Shown here: in pieces, positions 41,225-51,071 of the stretch | Numbering within the stretch: the first letter of the stretch is position 1 | How the letters are laid out: each line of letters starts with the position of its first letter | Assembly: GCA_965248535.1 (NCBI GenBank) | Contig: CBDFJR010000005.1 | Coordinates: 1,888,001 to 1,952,000, forward strand | Length of the DNA: 64,000 bases | From: Phormidesmis sp. | GTDB taxonomy: Bacteria > Cyanobacteriota > Cyanobacteriia > Leptolyngbyales > Leptolyngbyaceae | Direction of reading: 5' to 3' | Notes under the pieces: model-generated | What the model was told of the DNA's origin: nothing | The model's database searches: none | The model's input: only the letters and a program-made list of their open reading frames with translations | Program-made: the position numbers and the translations under genes

Positions 41225-42763
41225 ATGAAAACTTTGCTGCATTGTCTGACCGCGATCGCTCTGGTTTTTCTGCTCTGGATGCCTTGTGCAAATGCTCATC
41301 CGCTCGGCAATTTCACCATCAATCACTATGCTGGACTTCAAATTGCACCCGATCGAGTAGAAATTGACTATGTTTTAGATATGGCTGAGATTCCAGCGTT
41401 TCAGGAGATTCGTCAGCTTGATGTCGATCGCAATCACAAAGCAGATGCGATCGAGACCGCTCACTATCCAGTCACCAAATGCCGTGAGATCAATTCTGCT
41501 CTCAGTCTGAGGCTCAACAAAAAGCCGCTATCTCTCTCTCTAAGTCGCTCTAGCGTTGAGTTTCCCCCCGGTGTAGGTGGGCTAGAAACGCTGCGGCTCA
41601 CCTGTGGGTTTGAGGGGGCGCTCTCTCAAACAGAACGGCTCAACTCTGCGTCACCGAGCACGATCGCGTTTGAAGACACCTCTTACCCGCAGCGTTTGGG
41701 CTGGCGTGAAATCACGGTGTCGGCTGAGGTTCCGGTGGAGGGCAACTTTATCGCGTCTAGTGTGAGCGATCGCCTGACAAACTATCCCTCTGATCTGTTG
41801 AGCAGCCCTCTAAATCAGCGTCAGGTGGCTTTGACGGTCAACCCATCTGGGCTGGGTGATCAATCCGTTGCGCGATCGCCTGATCTGCCCGCTAGCCAAG
41901 CGAGTCAGCCGTTGATTGGGCGAAGAAATGATGCCTTTACGCGACTGATCACGTTAGAGGATCGCAGCCTAACGGCGACTCTGGTGGCTCTAGCGATCGC
42001 GTTTGTGTGGGGTGGCTTACACGCATTGTCTCCGGGTCACGGTAAAACGATCGTGGGGGCTTATTTAGTCGGGTCTCGCAGTCAGGTTCATCATGCTCTG
42101 GTTTTAGGACTCACCGTAACGCTAACGCACACGATCGGCATTTTTGCGCTGGGGCTGGTGACGCTGGGCACGTCTCGGTTTGTTTTAACTGAAGAGTTGT
42201 ATCCCTGGCTGAACGTGATCTCTGGCGTGCTAGTGACCGGGATTGGATTGAATTTGTTGATTCAGCGATCGCGCATTGCTCAAATTTTGCCTAAATGGAT
42301 CTCGAAACCGCAGCATGATCATGGTCACGAACATCATCATGATCATCACCACAATCATAGTCATGATCATAATCACCATCATCACGATCACGATCATGAT
42401 TCTGAGCATGGACATTCCCATTTGCCGCCCGGTGCCGATGGCTCCCCGATCACCTGGTCGAGCATTTTAGCTCTTGGCATCTCAGGAGGATTGTTGCCCT
42501 GTCCTTCGGCGTTGGTGGTGCTGTTAAGCGCGATCGCCTTGGGTCGAGTCGGTTTTGGGCTGGCTCTAGTGTCTGCGTTTAGCCTAGGTCTAGCCGGAGT
42601 TTTAACCGGAATCGGACTAACGCTCGTCTATGCCAAAGACTGGTTTGAGCGGCTGCCCCTTCAGGCACCTAAAAGCAGACTGTTCCCGGCTATGAGTGCC
42701 TTGTTTATGACGCTGATTGGCTTGGGCATCACAACAAAAGCTCTTTTTGATCACACGCTGTAG
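41225..42763 (+). CDS. NicO/RcnA-type nickel/cobalt permease with N-terminal exported domain and His-rich loop
   Basis: Signal peptide ANA|HPLGNF; 'LHALSPGHGKT'; His/Asp tract at about 42310-42422; 'LPCPSA'. Confidence 0.85.
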   Translation: MKTLLHCLTAIALVFLLWMPCANAHPLGNFTINHYAGLQIAPDRVEIDYVLDMAEIPAFQEIRQLDVDRNHKADAIETAHYPVTKCREINSALSLRLNKKPLSLSLSRSSVEFPPGVGGLETLRLTCGFEGALSQTERLNSASPSTIAFEDTSYPQRLGWREITVSAEVPVEGNFIASSVSDRLTNYPSDLLSSPLNQRQVALTVNPSGLGDQSVARSPDLPASQASQPLIGRRNDAFTRLITLEDRSLTATLVALAIAFVWGGLHALSPGHGKTIVGAYLVGSRSQVHHALVLGLTVTLTHTIGIFALGLVTLGTSRFVLTEELYPWLNVISGVLVTGIGLNLLIQRSRIAQILPKWISKPQHDHGHEHHHDHHHNHSHDHNHHHHDHDHDSEHGHSHLPPGADGSPITWSSILALGISGGLLPCPSALVVLLSAIALGRVGFGLALVSAFSLGLAGVLTGIGLTLVYAKDWFERLPLQAPKSRLFPAMSALFMTLIGLGITTKALFDHTL

Positions 42764-42830
42764 CAATCAAAAACCCGGTCAAACACGACGAGAGAATGAT
42801 GTTCATTCAGTCCTTTAGATAGAGTCAGTC

Positions 42831-43289
42831 ATGCTTAAAGTTGTTCTTGCATCTGCCGCGATCGTGCTGTTGGTTCCTCACCGCGCAATTTCCTCTGAGC
42901 CGCCCTCAGCGATCGCTCAAGACTCGCTGTGCTTTATGGTTAGCTCAACCCATCAAATAACAAATCTGACCCCTCTGTGCAATCTTGAAAACGGGGCGGA
43001 ACTGGCCCCGATCGTGGTGAGCAACCTCAGGTTAGACGTTCCCGATCAGGCGTTTTTGTCTTCCAGCGTTAAAGCCACCGTGACCAATCGCAGCAGTCGT
43101 CCCATTCAGGTCGAGGTTGTGCGGCTACAGGTTAATCGCGCTGATGAAAGGGTGACGATCGTCCCCATTTTTATGAACCAGACTCTAAACCCCGGCGAGT
43201 CAGTTCCGGCAAGCGGATTGTTTGACAAGGCTGAGTTGCGAGAGCAAAACCCTAGCGGACTCAGCCTCAGCTTTCAAAACTGGCAATAG
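42831..43289 (+). CDS. Exported hypothetical protein (Ig-like fold suspected)
   Basis: Signal peptide, 'CFMV...NLTPLC', 'ATVTNRS', 'LNPGES'. Confidence 0.6.
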   Translation: MLKVVLASAAIVLLVPHRAISSEPPSAIAQDSLCFMVSSTHQITNLTPLCNLENGAELAPIVVSNLRLDVPDQAFLSSSVKATVTNRSSRPIQVEVVRLQVNRADERVTIVPIFMNQTLNPGESVPASGLFDKAELREQNPSGLSLSFQNWQ

Positions 43290-43331
43290 TCAACCCTTTT
43301 AGCCCCTAAAACTAGATTGAGACAATCAATT

Positions 43332-43442
43332 ATGAAGCGATTTAGCATCATCTTTCTGATCACTATTCTCTGCATTGTGGGTTACTTTGAAATCAGCCTG
43401 TCCCACTCTGAAGCCCTTTTTTGGCTAAATATCGGCTCGTAG
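43332..43442 (+). CDS. Candidate 36-aa small membrane protein (MKRFSIIFLITILCIVGYFEISLSHSEALFWLNIGS)
   Basis: Read manually; basic N-terminus plus hydrophobic helix; fills the intergenic gap. Confidence 0.35.
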   Translation: MKRFSIIFLITILCIVGYFEISLSHSEALFWLNIGS

Positions 43443-43463
43443 TTCCCAATGTGCGAATTTGGC

Positions 43464-43919
43464 TCAACGGGCGTTTGGCGTTTTTAGCACTTCATCTAAG
43501 AGGCTTCTGGCTGCCTGCGCTTTGGCCAGTGCGGTTTGATGATCGCTGTAGGCGCGCACTAGGCGAAACAGACCGCCCACTCCGGTTTTGAGGTGCTCTA
43601 AATCTTCGCCCGATACCAGTTCTCCATCTAGCATTCTCACAAGCAACGGTTTGATGTCGCCTACTTCTTGCCGCACTTTTTGAAGCTTTTCTACGGTGCT
43701 CAATAGGGTTTTGAGCGCGTTGAGGATGCTGTCAACACTTTGGGGATCTTCCGGTTCAGACAGGGTTTCGACTTCGGGTAAAGGTTCGACTTCGGGCTGG
43801 GGTTCGACTTCGGGTTCGGCGATCGCTACAGTGTCTTGAGGGTCTGACTGTTCAAGATCGGAGGTCACGGGCAATTCTGGTGTGGGCGTGGCAGTTTTAT
43901 CAGGGGTTGTGCGGGCCAT
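43464..43919 (-). CDS. Hypothetical protein with acidic Pro-rich linker
   Basis: Start MARTTP after GAGGA; PEVEP repeats. Confidence 0.7.
   Translation of the reverse strand: MARTTPDKTATPTPELPVTSDLEQSDPQDTVAIAEPEVEPQPEVEPLPEVETLSEPEDPQSVDSILNALKTLLSTVEKLQKVRQEVGDIKPLLVRMLDGELVSGEDLEHLKTGVGGLFRLVRAYSDHQTALAKAQAARSLLDEVLKTPNAR
43762..43820. repeat. Three imperfect 18-bp tandem repeats (TTCGACTTCGGG core) encoding PEVEP/PEVET
   Basis: Seen directly. Confidence 0.8.
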
Positions 43920-43996
43920 GAACGTTTCCTCAAGGGGCTTTTCTAGTGTACCGTGTCGATCTGGGCGTTTTGTAGGCATTTGGCGCGGCGCTGAGT

Positions 43997-45607
43997 TCAC
44001 CGACCCTCAGTTTTCAAAATATTGAGGGCGACGGCCTCGGCGATTTTGATGCCATCGATGCCCGCCGAGAGAATGCCCCCCGCATAGCCAGCCCCTTCGC
44101 CTGCGGGATAAAGTCCTTTGGTGTTGAGACTTTGACCATCGTCTTGACGCTTGATCCGAATCGGGGAAGACGTGCGAGTTTCAACGCCTGTCAACACCGC
44201 ATCATTCATCGCAAAGCCCTGGATCTGCTTGTCAAAAGCAGGTAGCGCTTCACGAATAGCGGCGATCGCATAGTCTGGCAAACTCGACCTCAAATCCCCC
44301 AGACGCACCCCCGGCGTATAAGACGGTCGCACGGTGCCTAAAATCTCGGAAGGACGATCAGCGATGAAATCTCCCACGAGTTGCCCCGGCGCTTCATAGG
44401 TGCCACCGCCTAACTCAAAGGCTCGCTCTTCTAAACGTCGTTGAAACTCAATGCCCGCTAGCGGATGACCGGGATAATCATCGGGCGTAATGCCGACCAC
44501 GATCGCGCTGTTGGCGTTGCGCTCATTGCGAGAATATTGGCTCATGCCATTGGTGACGACCCGCCCCGGCTCTGAGGTTGCCGCCACGACCAGCCCCCCC
44601 GGACACATACAAAAACTATAGACCGATCGCCCATTTGAGCAGTGGTGAACCAGCTTATAGTCAGCCGCCCCTAAAAGCCGATGCCCCGCCTGGTCACCAA
44701 ACCGACAGCGATCGATCAGGGCCTGCGGATGCTCGACTCGAAACCCGATCGAGAAGGGTTTGGCTTCGATATAAACGCCGCGATCGAACAACATCTCAAA
44801 GGTGTCTCTGGCACTGTGACCCACGGCGAGAACGATATGATCGCTGCGGAGATAGTCGCCGTTAGCGAGCGTAACTCCTCGCACCTGTCCCTGATCAATA
44901 TGCAGATCTTCGACGCGACTTTGAAAGTGGATTTCACCCCCCAAAGCTTCAATATTGGCGCGGATCTTTTCCACAATTCCTACTAGTTTAAAGGTGCCAA
45001 TGTGGGGTTTGTTGATATAGAGAATTTCTGGGGAGGCTCCGGCGTTAACCAGTTCAGTGAGCACTTTTCGCCCGTGATGCTGAGAGTCTTTGACCTGGCT
45101 GTAGAGTTTTCCATCTGAGAAGGTGCCTGCTCCGCCTTCGCCAAATTGGGCGTTAGACTCTGGGTTAAAGCCTTTTTTTCGCCAAAACCCAAAGGTGTCT
45201 GCGGTGCGCTCTTTGACGATTTTTCCGCGTTCGAGCACGATCGGGCAAAACCCCATTTGCGCCAACATCAAGGCCGCAAACAACCCACAAGGCCCCGTGC
45301 CAATCACGATCGGGCGAGTGGTCAAATGCTTTGGGGCTTGGGCAACCGGAGTGTAGCTCATGCTGGGCGTGACCCGCACATGAGGATCTTTTTTTAAGCG
45401 TTGCAGCAGCGACTTTTCGTGAGTCGTTTCTACATCTAGAATGTAAACCAGGACAATTTCTTCTTTTTTTCGCGCATCATAACTGCGCTTAAAAATTGAG
45501 TAGTTAGTTAACGCATTGGCTGGAATTTGTAGCTTTTTAAGAATGGCAGTCTTGATCTCGCTTTCAGGATGATCAAGGGGAAGTTTTACTTCGGTTAGTC
45601 GCAACAT
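43997..45607 (-). CDS. NAD(P)/FAD-dependent oxidoreductase (COG2509-like)
   Basis: 'GTGPCG', 'FGEGGAGTFSDGKL', 'FCMCPGG', 'GEGAGYAGGI'. Confidence 0.9.
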   Translation of the reverse strand: MLRLTEVKLPLDHPESEIKTAILKKLQIPANALTNYSIFKRSYDARKKEEIVLVYILDVETTHEKSLLQRLKKDPHVRVTPSMSYTPVAQAPKHLTTRPIVIGTGPCGLFAALMLAQMGFCPIVLERGKIVKERTADTFGFWRKKGFNPESNAQFGEGGAGTFSDGKLYSQVKDSQHHGRKVLTELVNAGASPEILYINKPHIGTFKLVGIVEKIRANIEALGGEIHFQSRVEDLHIDQGQVRGVTLANGDYLRSDHIVLAVGHSARDTFEMLFDRGVYIEAKPFSIGFRVEHPQALIDRCRFGDQAGHRLLGAADYKLVHHCSNGRSVYSFCMCPGGLVVAATSEPGRVVTNGMSQYSRNERNANSAIVVGITPDDYPGHPLAGIEFQRRLEERAFELGGGTYEAPGQLVGDFIADRPSEILGTVRPSYTPGVRLGDLRSSLPDYAIAAIREALPAFDKQIQGFAMNDAVLTGVETRTSSPIRIKRQDDGQSLNTKGLYPAGEGAGYAGGILSAGIDGIKIAEAVALNILKTEGR

Positions 45608-45745
45608 ACTCGATATCTTGAATGACCTCGACTAGGGCACGATCGGACGCGCTGGCAGCAGTCTTTCATTTTAGCTTGTGCGCCTAATCTTTCTAAAACA
45701 GAAACCCTGATCTATTATCGATCTTTAAACAGACCTAAACCTCTC

Positions 45746-47425
45746 ATGTCCTATTTCCCTGAGAATGCCTTAATTATTCAAAGCGATCGCTCTGTTCTCC
45801 TGGAAGTTCACTCGCCTAGAGCGAATGCGGCCCGAGAAGCGATCGCGCCCTTTACCGAACTCGTTAAAAGTCCTGAACACATTCACACTTATAAGATCAC
45901 GCCTCTCAGCGTGTGGAATGCACGAGCCGCCGGAATGCCCGTAGATGAGATGATCGCGGCTCTGCAAGATCACGCTAAATATCCCATGCCCGATGCCGTC
46001 ACCCAGGAAATTGAAGCTTTGGGCAAGCGGTATGGATTAACCGTGATTGAGCGATCGGACGATGAGATTCATCTCTTGCTGAGAACGGCTGATCTGCCCC
46101 TTGCGGAACTGTTGTCTCGCAACGATGATGTGGCTCCGCTGCTGGCAGAGCGTTTGAATGACTGCTTATTTCAAGTCGATGCCGGGTTTCGAGGGCTGCT
46201 CAAACAAGCGCTGTTAGCGGCAGGCTATCCGGCTGAAGATTTAGCGGGCTATGTGACGGGCGACGCTTTGACGATCGAGCTTCGGCGCGTTAGTCGATCG
46301 GGCGCACCGTTTGAGTTGCGCGATTATCAAGAAGCCGCCGCCGATGCGTTTTATCAGGCGGGTCGGGTGCAAGGTGGAAGCGGCGTGATCGTGCTGCCCT
46401 GCGGGGCTGGCAAGACGATGGTGGGCATGGCGGCGATGCTGGCGGTGCAAGAAAACACGCTGGTGCTGACGAGTAGCCTCACCTCGGTTCGGCAATGGCG
46501 ACGCGAATTGCTCGATAAAACCACGCTTTCAGAAGACTCGATCGCTGAATACAGTGGCGAGAGCAAAAACACGGCTCCGGTTACGCTAGCGACCTATCAG
46601 ATTCTCACCTATCGGTCTCAAAAAGATCAGCAGCAGCCTCACTTTGAGTTGTTCAACGCCCGATCGTGGGGCTTAATTATCTACGATGAAGTTCACCTAT
46701 TGCCTGCTCCGGTGTTTCGGGCTACGGCCGAGCTTCAAGCCCGTCGTCGGTTAGGATTGACTGCCACGCTGATCCGGGAAGATGGGCGAGAAGGAGACGT
46801 GTTTGCGCTGATCGGGCCAAAACGCTATGACGTGCCCTGGCGAGAATTGGAAGGACAGGGATTCATCGCCGCCGCCGAATGCACCGAGATTCGGGTGCCG
46901 CAGGATGCAGAAGAGCAAATGAATTATGCGATCGCGCCCAAACGCCAACAGTTTCGCATCGCCGCCGAAAATCCGCGCAAGTTGACAATGATTAAAGAGT
47001 TGCTAGAAAAAGAAGCCGGACATCGGATTTTGATCATTGGCGAATATATTGAACAATTAGAAAAAGTTGCCCACTTAACAAGATTGCCTTTGATCACGGG
47101 TAAAACTTCTCAACGGGAACGCGATCGCCGCTATGAACAGTTTCGCCATCAGCAAATTGATGGATTGATCCTGTCGCGAGTGGGCAACTTTGCGCTAGAT
47201 TTGCCCGATGCTGACGTGCTGATCCAAATATCTGGAAAGTATGGATCTCGTCAAGAAGAAGCCCAACGTTTGGGGCGAGTGTTGCGTCCCAAATCGGATG
47301 GTCGCGTTGCCCAGTTTTATTCGCTGGTGTCGCTGCGAACCTGTGAAGAAGAATTTGCCCGTCATCGGCAGCTATTTTTAGCCGAGCAAGGCTACAGTTA
47401 TCAGATTCAAGTTTTAGAAGAATAG
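45746..47425 (+). CDS. XPB/Ssl2-like DNA repair helicase
   Basis: 'ELVKSPEHIHTY', 'LPCGAGKT', 'DEVH', 'TAT', 'QEEAQRLGRVLRPK'. Confidence 0.92.
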   Translation: MSYFPENALIIQSDRSVLLEVHSPRANAAREAIAPFTELVKSPEHIHTYKITPLSVWNARAAGMPVDEMIAALQDHAKYPMPDAVTQEIEALGKRYGLTVIERSDDEIHLLLRTADLPLAELLSRNDDVAPLLAERLNDCLFQVDAGFRGLLKQALLAAGYPAEDLAGYVTGDALTIELRRVSRSGAPFELRDYQEAAADAFYQAGRVQGGSGVIVLPCGAGKTMVGMAAMLAVQENTLVLTSSLTSVRQWRRELLDKTTLSEDSIAEYSGESKNTAPVTLATYQILTYRSQKDQQQPHFELFNARSWGLIIYDEVHLLPAPVFRATAELQARRRLGLTATLIREDGREGDVFALIGPKRYDVPWRELEGQGFIAAAECTEIRVPQDAEEQMNYAIAPKRQQFRIAAENPRKLTMIKELLEKEAGHRILIIGEYIEQLEKVAHLTRLPLITGKTSQRERDRRYEQFRHQQIDGLILSRVGNFALDLPDADVLIQISGKYGSRQEEAQRLGRVLRPKSDGRVAQFYSLVSLRTCEEEFARHRQLFLAEQGYSYQIQVLEE

Positions 47426-47430
47426 TGGCA

Positions 47431-49083
47431 TCAAAACGGAGTCTCTAGAGTTAGCCGCAGTGCTTGTTTAGACTGCGGATGCTCAAAGCTCAGTTCTCTC
47501 GCGTGAAGACATAAGCGATCGCTACTCCCCTTTCCATAAAGACGATCGCCCACAATCGATACCCCCAAACCCGCTACTGCGTGGACTCGAATTTGATGCG
47601 TCCGTCCGGTGACTGGCGAGAATTCCATTCGCGTTAAATTTCCGGTTCGCACCAGCACTTTGAAGTGAGTCACGCTGGGCTTTCCGCGCTGACGATCGAC
47701 GGTTTGAACAGGTCGATTTTGCGGGTCTCCCCACAGGGGCAGGTCAATCACTCCCCGGTCTTGCGCCACCGCCCCGTTGAGCATTGCTTCGTAGATTTTG
47801 TGAACTTGACGCTGCTGAAATTGCTGACTGAGGTGGCGATAGGTTTGACGATCGCGGGCCAAGACCAAAATTCCAGAAGTGTCTTGATCGAGCCGATGCA
47901 CAGCCATCAGAGAGTCGCCATCCGGTAATAAATGCCGAAGCTGACTTAAAACGCTGTCTTGAGTATCCCGATAACGACCCGGAACTGAGAGCAATCCAGA
48001 GGGTTTGTTGACCACAATTAGCCATTGATCTTCATAGAGAATCGGTAGTGGTTGAGTGATGGGTACGATCGCTTCTTTTTGCGGCAATCCTGATAGCAAA
48101 AAGCCCATTAATGGCTGACAGCGCTCTAGACAAGCACCATAAAATTCTCCCTGAATCTTATGTTCACTGATTGAATCAGCCCCGTACCAAAACTCAGCCA
48201 TTGCTAACGGTTTGAGATGACAAGTTGCTGCATAATGCAACAGTTTTGGAGCACAGCAATCTCCGGTTCCCGTTGGCATTGAGCCGCTAGGCATTAACTG
48301 CTGAAGCGACAGAGATTTTCCAGCAAAATTAGTCAGTGAGTAATGGGCGTGCATCTGAGCTTGAAGTTGACGAGACACCTCTTTACGCTGTTGTTTTAAT
48401 TGCTGAATCCGGCTATCTGCTTGCTCAAGGAAAGATTTAAGCGGCTGCAATTCTGCATCTCGTTGACGTTTGAAGTGTCGGCGATCGCGGCCATCTTGAC
48501 GGCTTTGATCATCCAGTTTTTCAAGCTCTATTTCTAACATTTCTCCCGCAAGAAATTCTAGAAGCCTCTGACGTTGATGTTGTCGTTCCTCCTTGAGTTG
48601 ATGGTGCTGAAAAGTAATGTGCTGGAATTGAGTTTGAGATGCTTTTAGTTGCAATTCATAGCGCGATCGCTCCGGCAAGTTCTGTAAACCAATTAGTTCT
48701 TGCTTAATCGATTCTAAAATTGCTAAAGCATGAGCCTCTTCAAAAGCAACGCGATCGCGTCCTGGAATTGGCGGCACCCATCCCTCAACGATACCATTTC
48801 CGTTCAGCAACCCAGAAAACGCCTTGAGAACTCGCTGTTCGCCGCTAGAAGTCTCAACCAGCAGCACACCATACATTTTGCCTTCTTGAAACGTGTCCAG
48901 CGATCGCATCAAGCCTTTGGCGATCGCTTCTACAAACAAAGTGCGCGGCAGTCGCAATCGTTGACTACTTTGAGGGCAATTACCCTCATACCAATAAGTA
49001 GCTAAATCGTTGACTATGCAATTCTGTTCAACAAAATCTAAAGGAATATGAAGACTTACCTCATTAGATCCAGGGGTCATCAT
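47431..49083 (-). CDS. RluA-family pseudouridine synthase, long form
   Basis: 'NKPSGLLSVPG', 'HRLDQDTSG', 'TGRTHQIRVH', 'LHA'. Confidence 0.92.
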   Translation of the reverse strand: MMTPGSNEVSLHIPLDFVEQNCIVNDLATYWYEGNCPQSSQRLRLPRTLFVEAIAKGLMRSLDTFQEGKMYGVLLVETSSGEQRVLKAFSGLLNGNGIVEGWVPPIPGRDRVAFEEAHALAILESIKQELIGLQNLPERSRYELQLKASQTQFQHITFQHHQLKEERQHQRQRLLEFLAGEMLEIELEKLDDQSRQDGRDRRHFKRQRDAELQPLKSFLEQADSRIQQLKQQRKEVSRQLQAQMHAHYSLTNFAGKSLSLQQLMPSGSMPTGTGDCCAPKLLHYAATCHLKPLAMAEFWYGADSISEHKIQGEFYGACLERCQPLMGFLLSGLPQKEAIVPITQPLPILYEDQWLIVVNKPSGLLSVPGRYRDTQDSVLSQLRHLLPDGDSLMAVHRLDQDTSGILVLARDRQTYRHLSQQFQQRQVHKIYEAMLNGAVAQDRGVIDLPLWGDPQNRPVQTVDRQRGKPSVTHFKVLVRTGNLTRMEFSPVTGRTHQIRVHAVAGLGVSIVGDRLYGKGSSDRLCLHARELSFEHPQSKQALRLTLETPF

Positions 49084-50035
49084 CGTCTTCTAAATCTTCA
49101 TCTTTCAAGGGTTGATTTTGAGAATTGGTGGATGGTTGAATAAGCGCCTCATTCTCCCGATCCTCTAATTTGTCAGTAGAAGATTGGACACTTATTTTAT
49201 CTACCACAGGTTGATCCTGAACATTCACCGTTGGCTGAATAAAATCTTCATCGTCCCAATCTTCTAGAGGGTCAAGTTCAGTTGATTCAGGAGGCTCGAT
49301 CGTGACTTTCGATTCATCCCATTGCTCAACCACATCATAGGTTCTTTCTTTGACTTGTTCCGCTAAAGCCTGAGCTTTTTCTCTGGCTTGTTCTGCCAAG
49401 ATCTGCGCCCGTTCTCTGGCGGTTCCTGTAGCAGTTTTAGCTTGGTTAAATAATGATCGTAGCTCTTGAGTCACCTGACTTTTTTCGTCTTGCAAGAAGT
49501 CCGTCATTTTCGTCAGCTTCTCTTGAATGCCTTCTCGATAAAGGGCAAACGATCGCACCGCCTCTTCAGACACTAACACTCGTCTATTTCCAATCTTCAA
49601 AACATAATTAGATGGCAATAAATAGGCGCTTCCGGTGATGCCACTCCAATCACTCGTGATGAATAAATAATGCTCAATTTCTCCGGTTCTCAGATTGAAC
49701 AAATAATCGATAATTTTCCCAGCTTTATTTCCGTCATCTGTCCAAACTTCCCAATTCACCAATGTCTCAAGCTGCCGAACTTTCTCAACATCGGTGTCAA
49801 CGGGTCTAGAGTTAACGAGAATGCCATTGCCCCCGATCGTGTGCAGTTGATCCAAATTAAACGCCGTTTTTTTCTGCCCTAGCCAGCCCGACTTGCAGAT
49901 AAACCCCAACACTCGATGCACTTTGGGATACATCCACAGCACTTCAACCTGCCCTAACTCCGCCATCGTGGAGCGATTGAGGACAAACTGATTCAACAAT
50001 TCACTCTGTCTAACAACCTCTGGTTGCTGCGCCAT
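49064..50035 (-). CDS. PRC-barrel domain protein
   Basis: Two PRC-like repeats and an acidic tail ending 'DDDPWI'. Confidence 0.75.
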   Translation of the reverse strand: MAQQPEVVRQSELLNQFVLNRSTMAELGQVEVLWMYPKVHRVLGFICKSGWLGQKKTAFNLDQLHTIGGNGILVNSRPVDTDVEKVRQLETLVNWEVWTDDGNKAGKIIDYLFNLRTGEIEHYLFITSDWSGITGSAYLLPSNYVLKIGNRRVLVSEEAVRSFALYREGIQEKLTKMTDFLQDEKSQVTQELRSLFNQAKTATGTARERAQILAEQAREKAQALAEQVKERTYDVVEQWDESKVTIEPPESTELDPLEDWDDEDFIQPTVNVQDQPVVDKISVQSSTDKLEDRENEALIQPSTNSQNQPLKDEDLEDDDDPWI

Positions 50036-50113
50036 ACAAATTTAGACACCGTAAAGTCTTGCCTCTAGTGTATCTTGCCACCCCTAAAATTAAGACGCTA
50101 GATGTCAAAATGG

Positions 50114-50143
50114 TTGACAGAGCCTGTTCTGATTTGGCATACT
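50114..50143 (+). promoter_or_regulatory. Sigma70-type promoter of rplU-rpmA
   Basis: TTGACA-N18-CATACT with TG upstream of the -10. Confidence 0.55.
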
Positions 50144-50241
50144 AGTTGACTGGCTGTCTATCCCTGCTCGGATCAGGTCGGACACTCGAAAAGCGGGATT
50201 TTTCCGCTACCTGTACGGCAACTTTATCAAGGACAATTTTC

Positions 50242-50598
50242 ATGACTGCATACGCAATTATCGAAGCGAGTGGCACTCAGATGCGCGTAGAGCCAGGCCG
50301 GTTCTATGATGTCAATCGCCTCGCAGATGAAGTCGATTCACAACTGACGCTCGATCGGGTTCTGTTTATCAGAAACGAAGGCGACATCACCGTGGGCCAA
50401 CCTCTGGTGGAAGGTGCAACGGTTCAGGCAACGGTGCTCAGACATCTGCGAGGTCGCAAGATTATCGTCTACAAGATGCAGCCCAAGAAAAAGACCCGCA
50501 AAAAGCAAGGTCACCGTCAAGAACTGACTCGCATTATGATCGACTCCATCAGCCTCAACGGGGCGGTGGTTGATTCTAAAGAGCAACCCAGAGGCTAA
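50242..50598 (+). CDS. rplU: 50S ribosomal protein L21
   Basis: 'YAIIEASG', '[14 protein letters not shown]'. Confidence 0.97.
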   Translation: MTAYAIIEASGTQMRVEPGRFYDVNRLADEVDSQLTLDRVLFIRNEGDITVGQPLVEGATVQATVLRHLRGRKIIVYKMQPKKKTRKKQGHRQELTRIMIDSISLNGAVVDSKEQPRG

Positions 50599-50653
50599 AC
50601 CTCTCTGGGGTGAAGGCTTTTAACTGAAATCTACAGAAACTGTTGAGGAAATT

Positions 50654-50947
50654 ATGGCTCACAAGAAAGGTACAGGCAGTACTCGTAACGGTCGCGACTC
50701 TAACGCTCAACGTCTAGGAGTCAAGCGCTACGGCGGGCAAGTCGTTCTCGCGGGCAACATTCTAGTTCGTCAGCGTGGCACCAAAATTCATCCCGGCAAC
50801 AATGTCGGTCGCGGCAGCGATGACACCCTGTTTGCGCTCATCCCTGGCGTTGTCACCTTTGAACCGATGACCAAAGGTCGCAAAAAAGTCAGTGTCTACG
50901 CAAAAGTTGAAGCGGCTCAACCTGTTGAAGTGGCTCAACCTGTTTAA
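50654..50947 (+). CDS. rpmA: 50S ribosomal protein L27
   Basis: '[16 protein letters not shown]'. Confidence 0.99.
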   Translation: MAHKKGTGSTRNGRDSNAQRLGVKRYGGQVVLAGNILVRQRGTKIHPGNNVGRGSDDTLFALIPGVVTFEPMTKGRKKVSVYAKVEAAQPVEVAQPV

Positions 50948-50968
50948 TCGACTTCTAAATAGATTGAT

Positions 50969-50995
50969 AAGCTGCTCACAAGGGGCAGCTTTTTT
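50969..50995 (+). terminator. Rho-independent terminator after rpmA
   Basis: AAGCTGCTC-loop-GGGCAGCTT followed by a T run. Confidence 0.8.
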
Positions 50996-51035
50996 ATGAG
51001 GTGACTGGCAGATTATTCTCCCAGAATTTAGTCAT

Positions 51036-51071
51036 CCTTTACAGTTCGTAATCACTCTAGTGAGCGATCGC
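51036..51071 (+). repeat. 36-bp direct repeat, left copy
   Basis: CCTTTACAGTTCGTAATCACTCTAGTGAGCGATCGC, identical to 54894-54929. Confidence 0.95.

Noticed and set aside
42310..42422. CAT/GAT low-complexity repeat and overlapping Met/Ile-rich ORFs
   Set aside because: Explained by the His-rich coding tract of the permease
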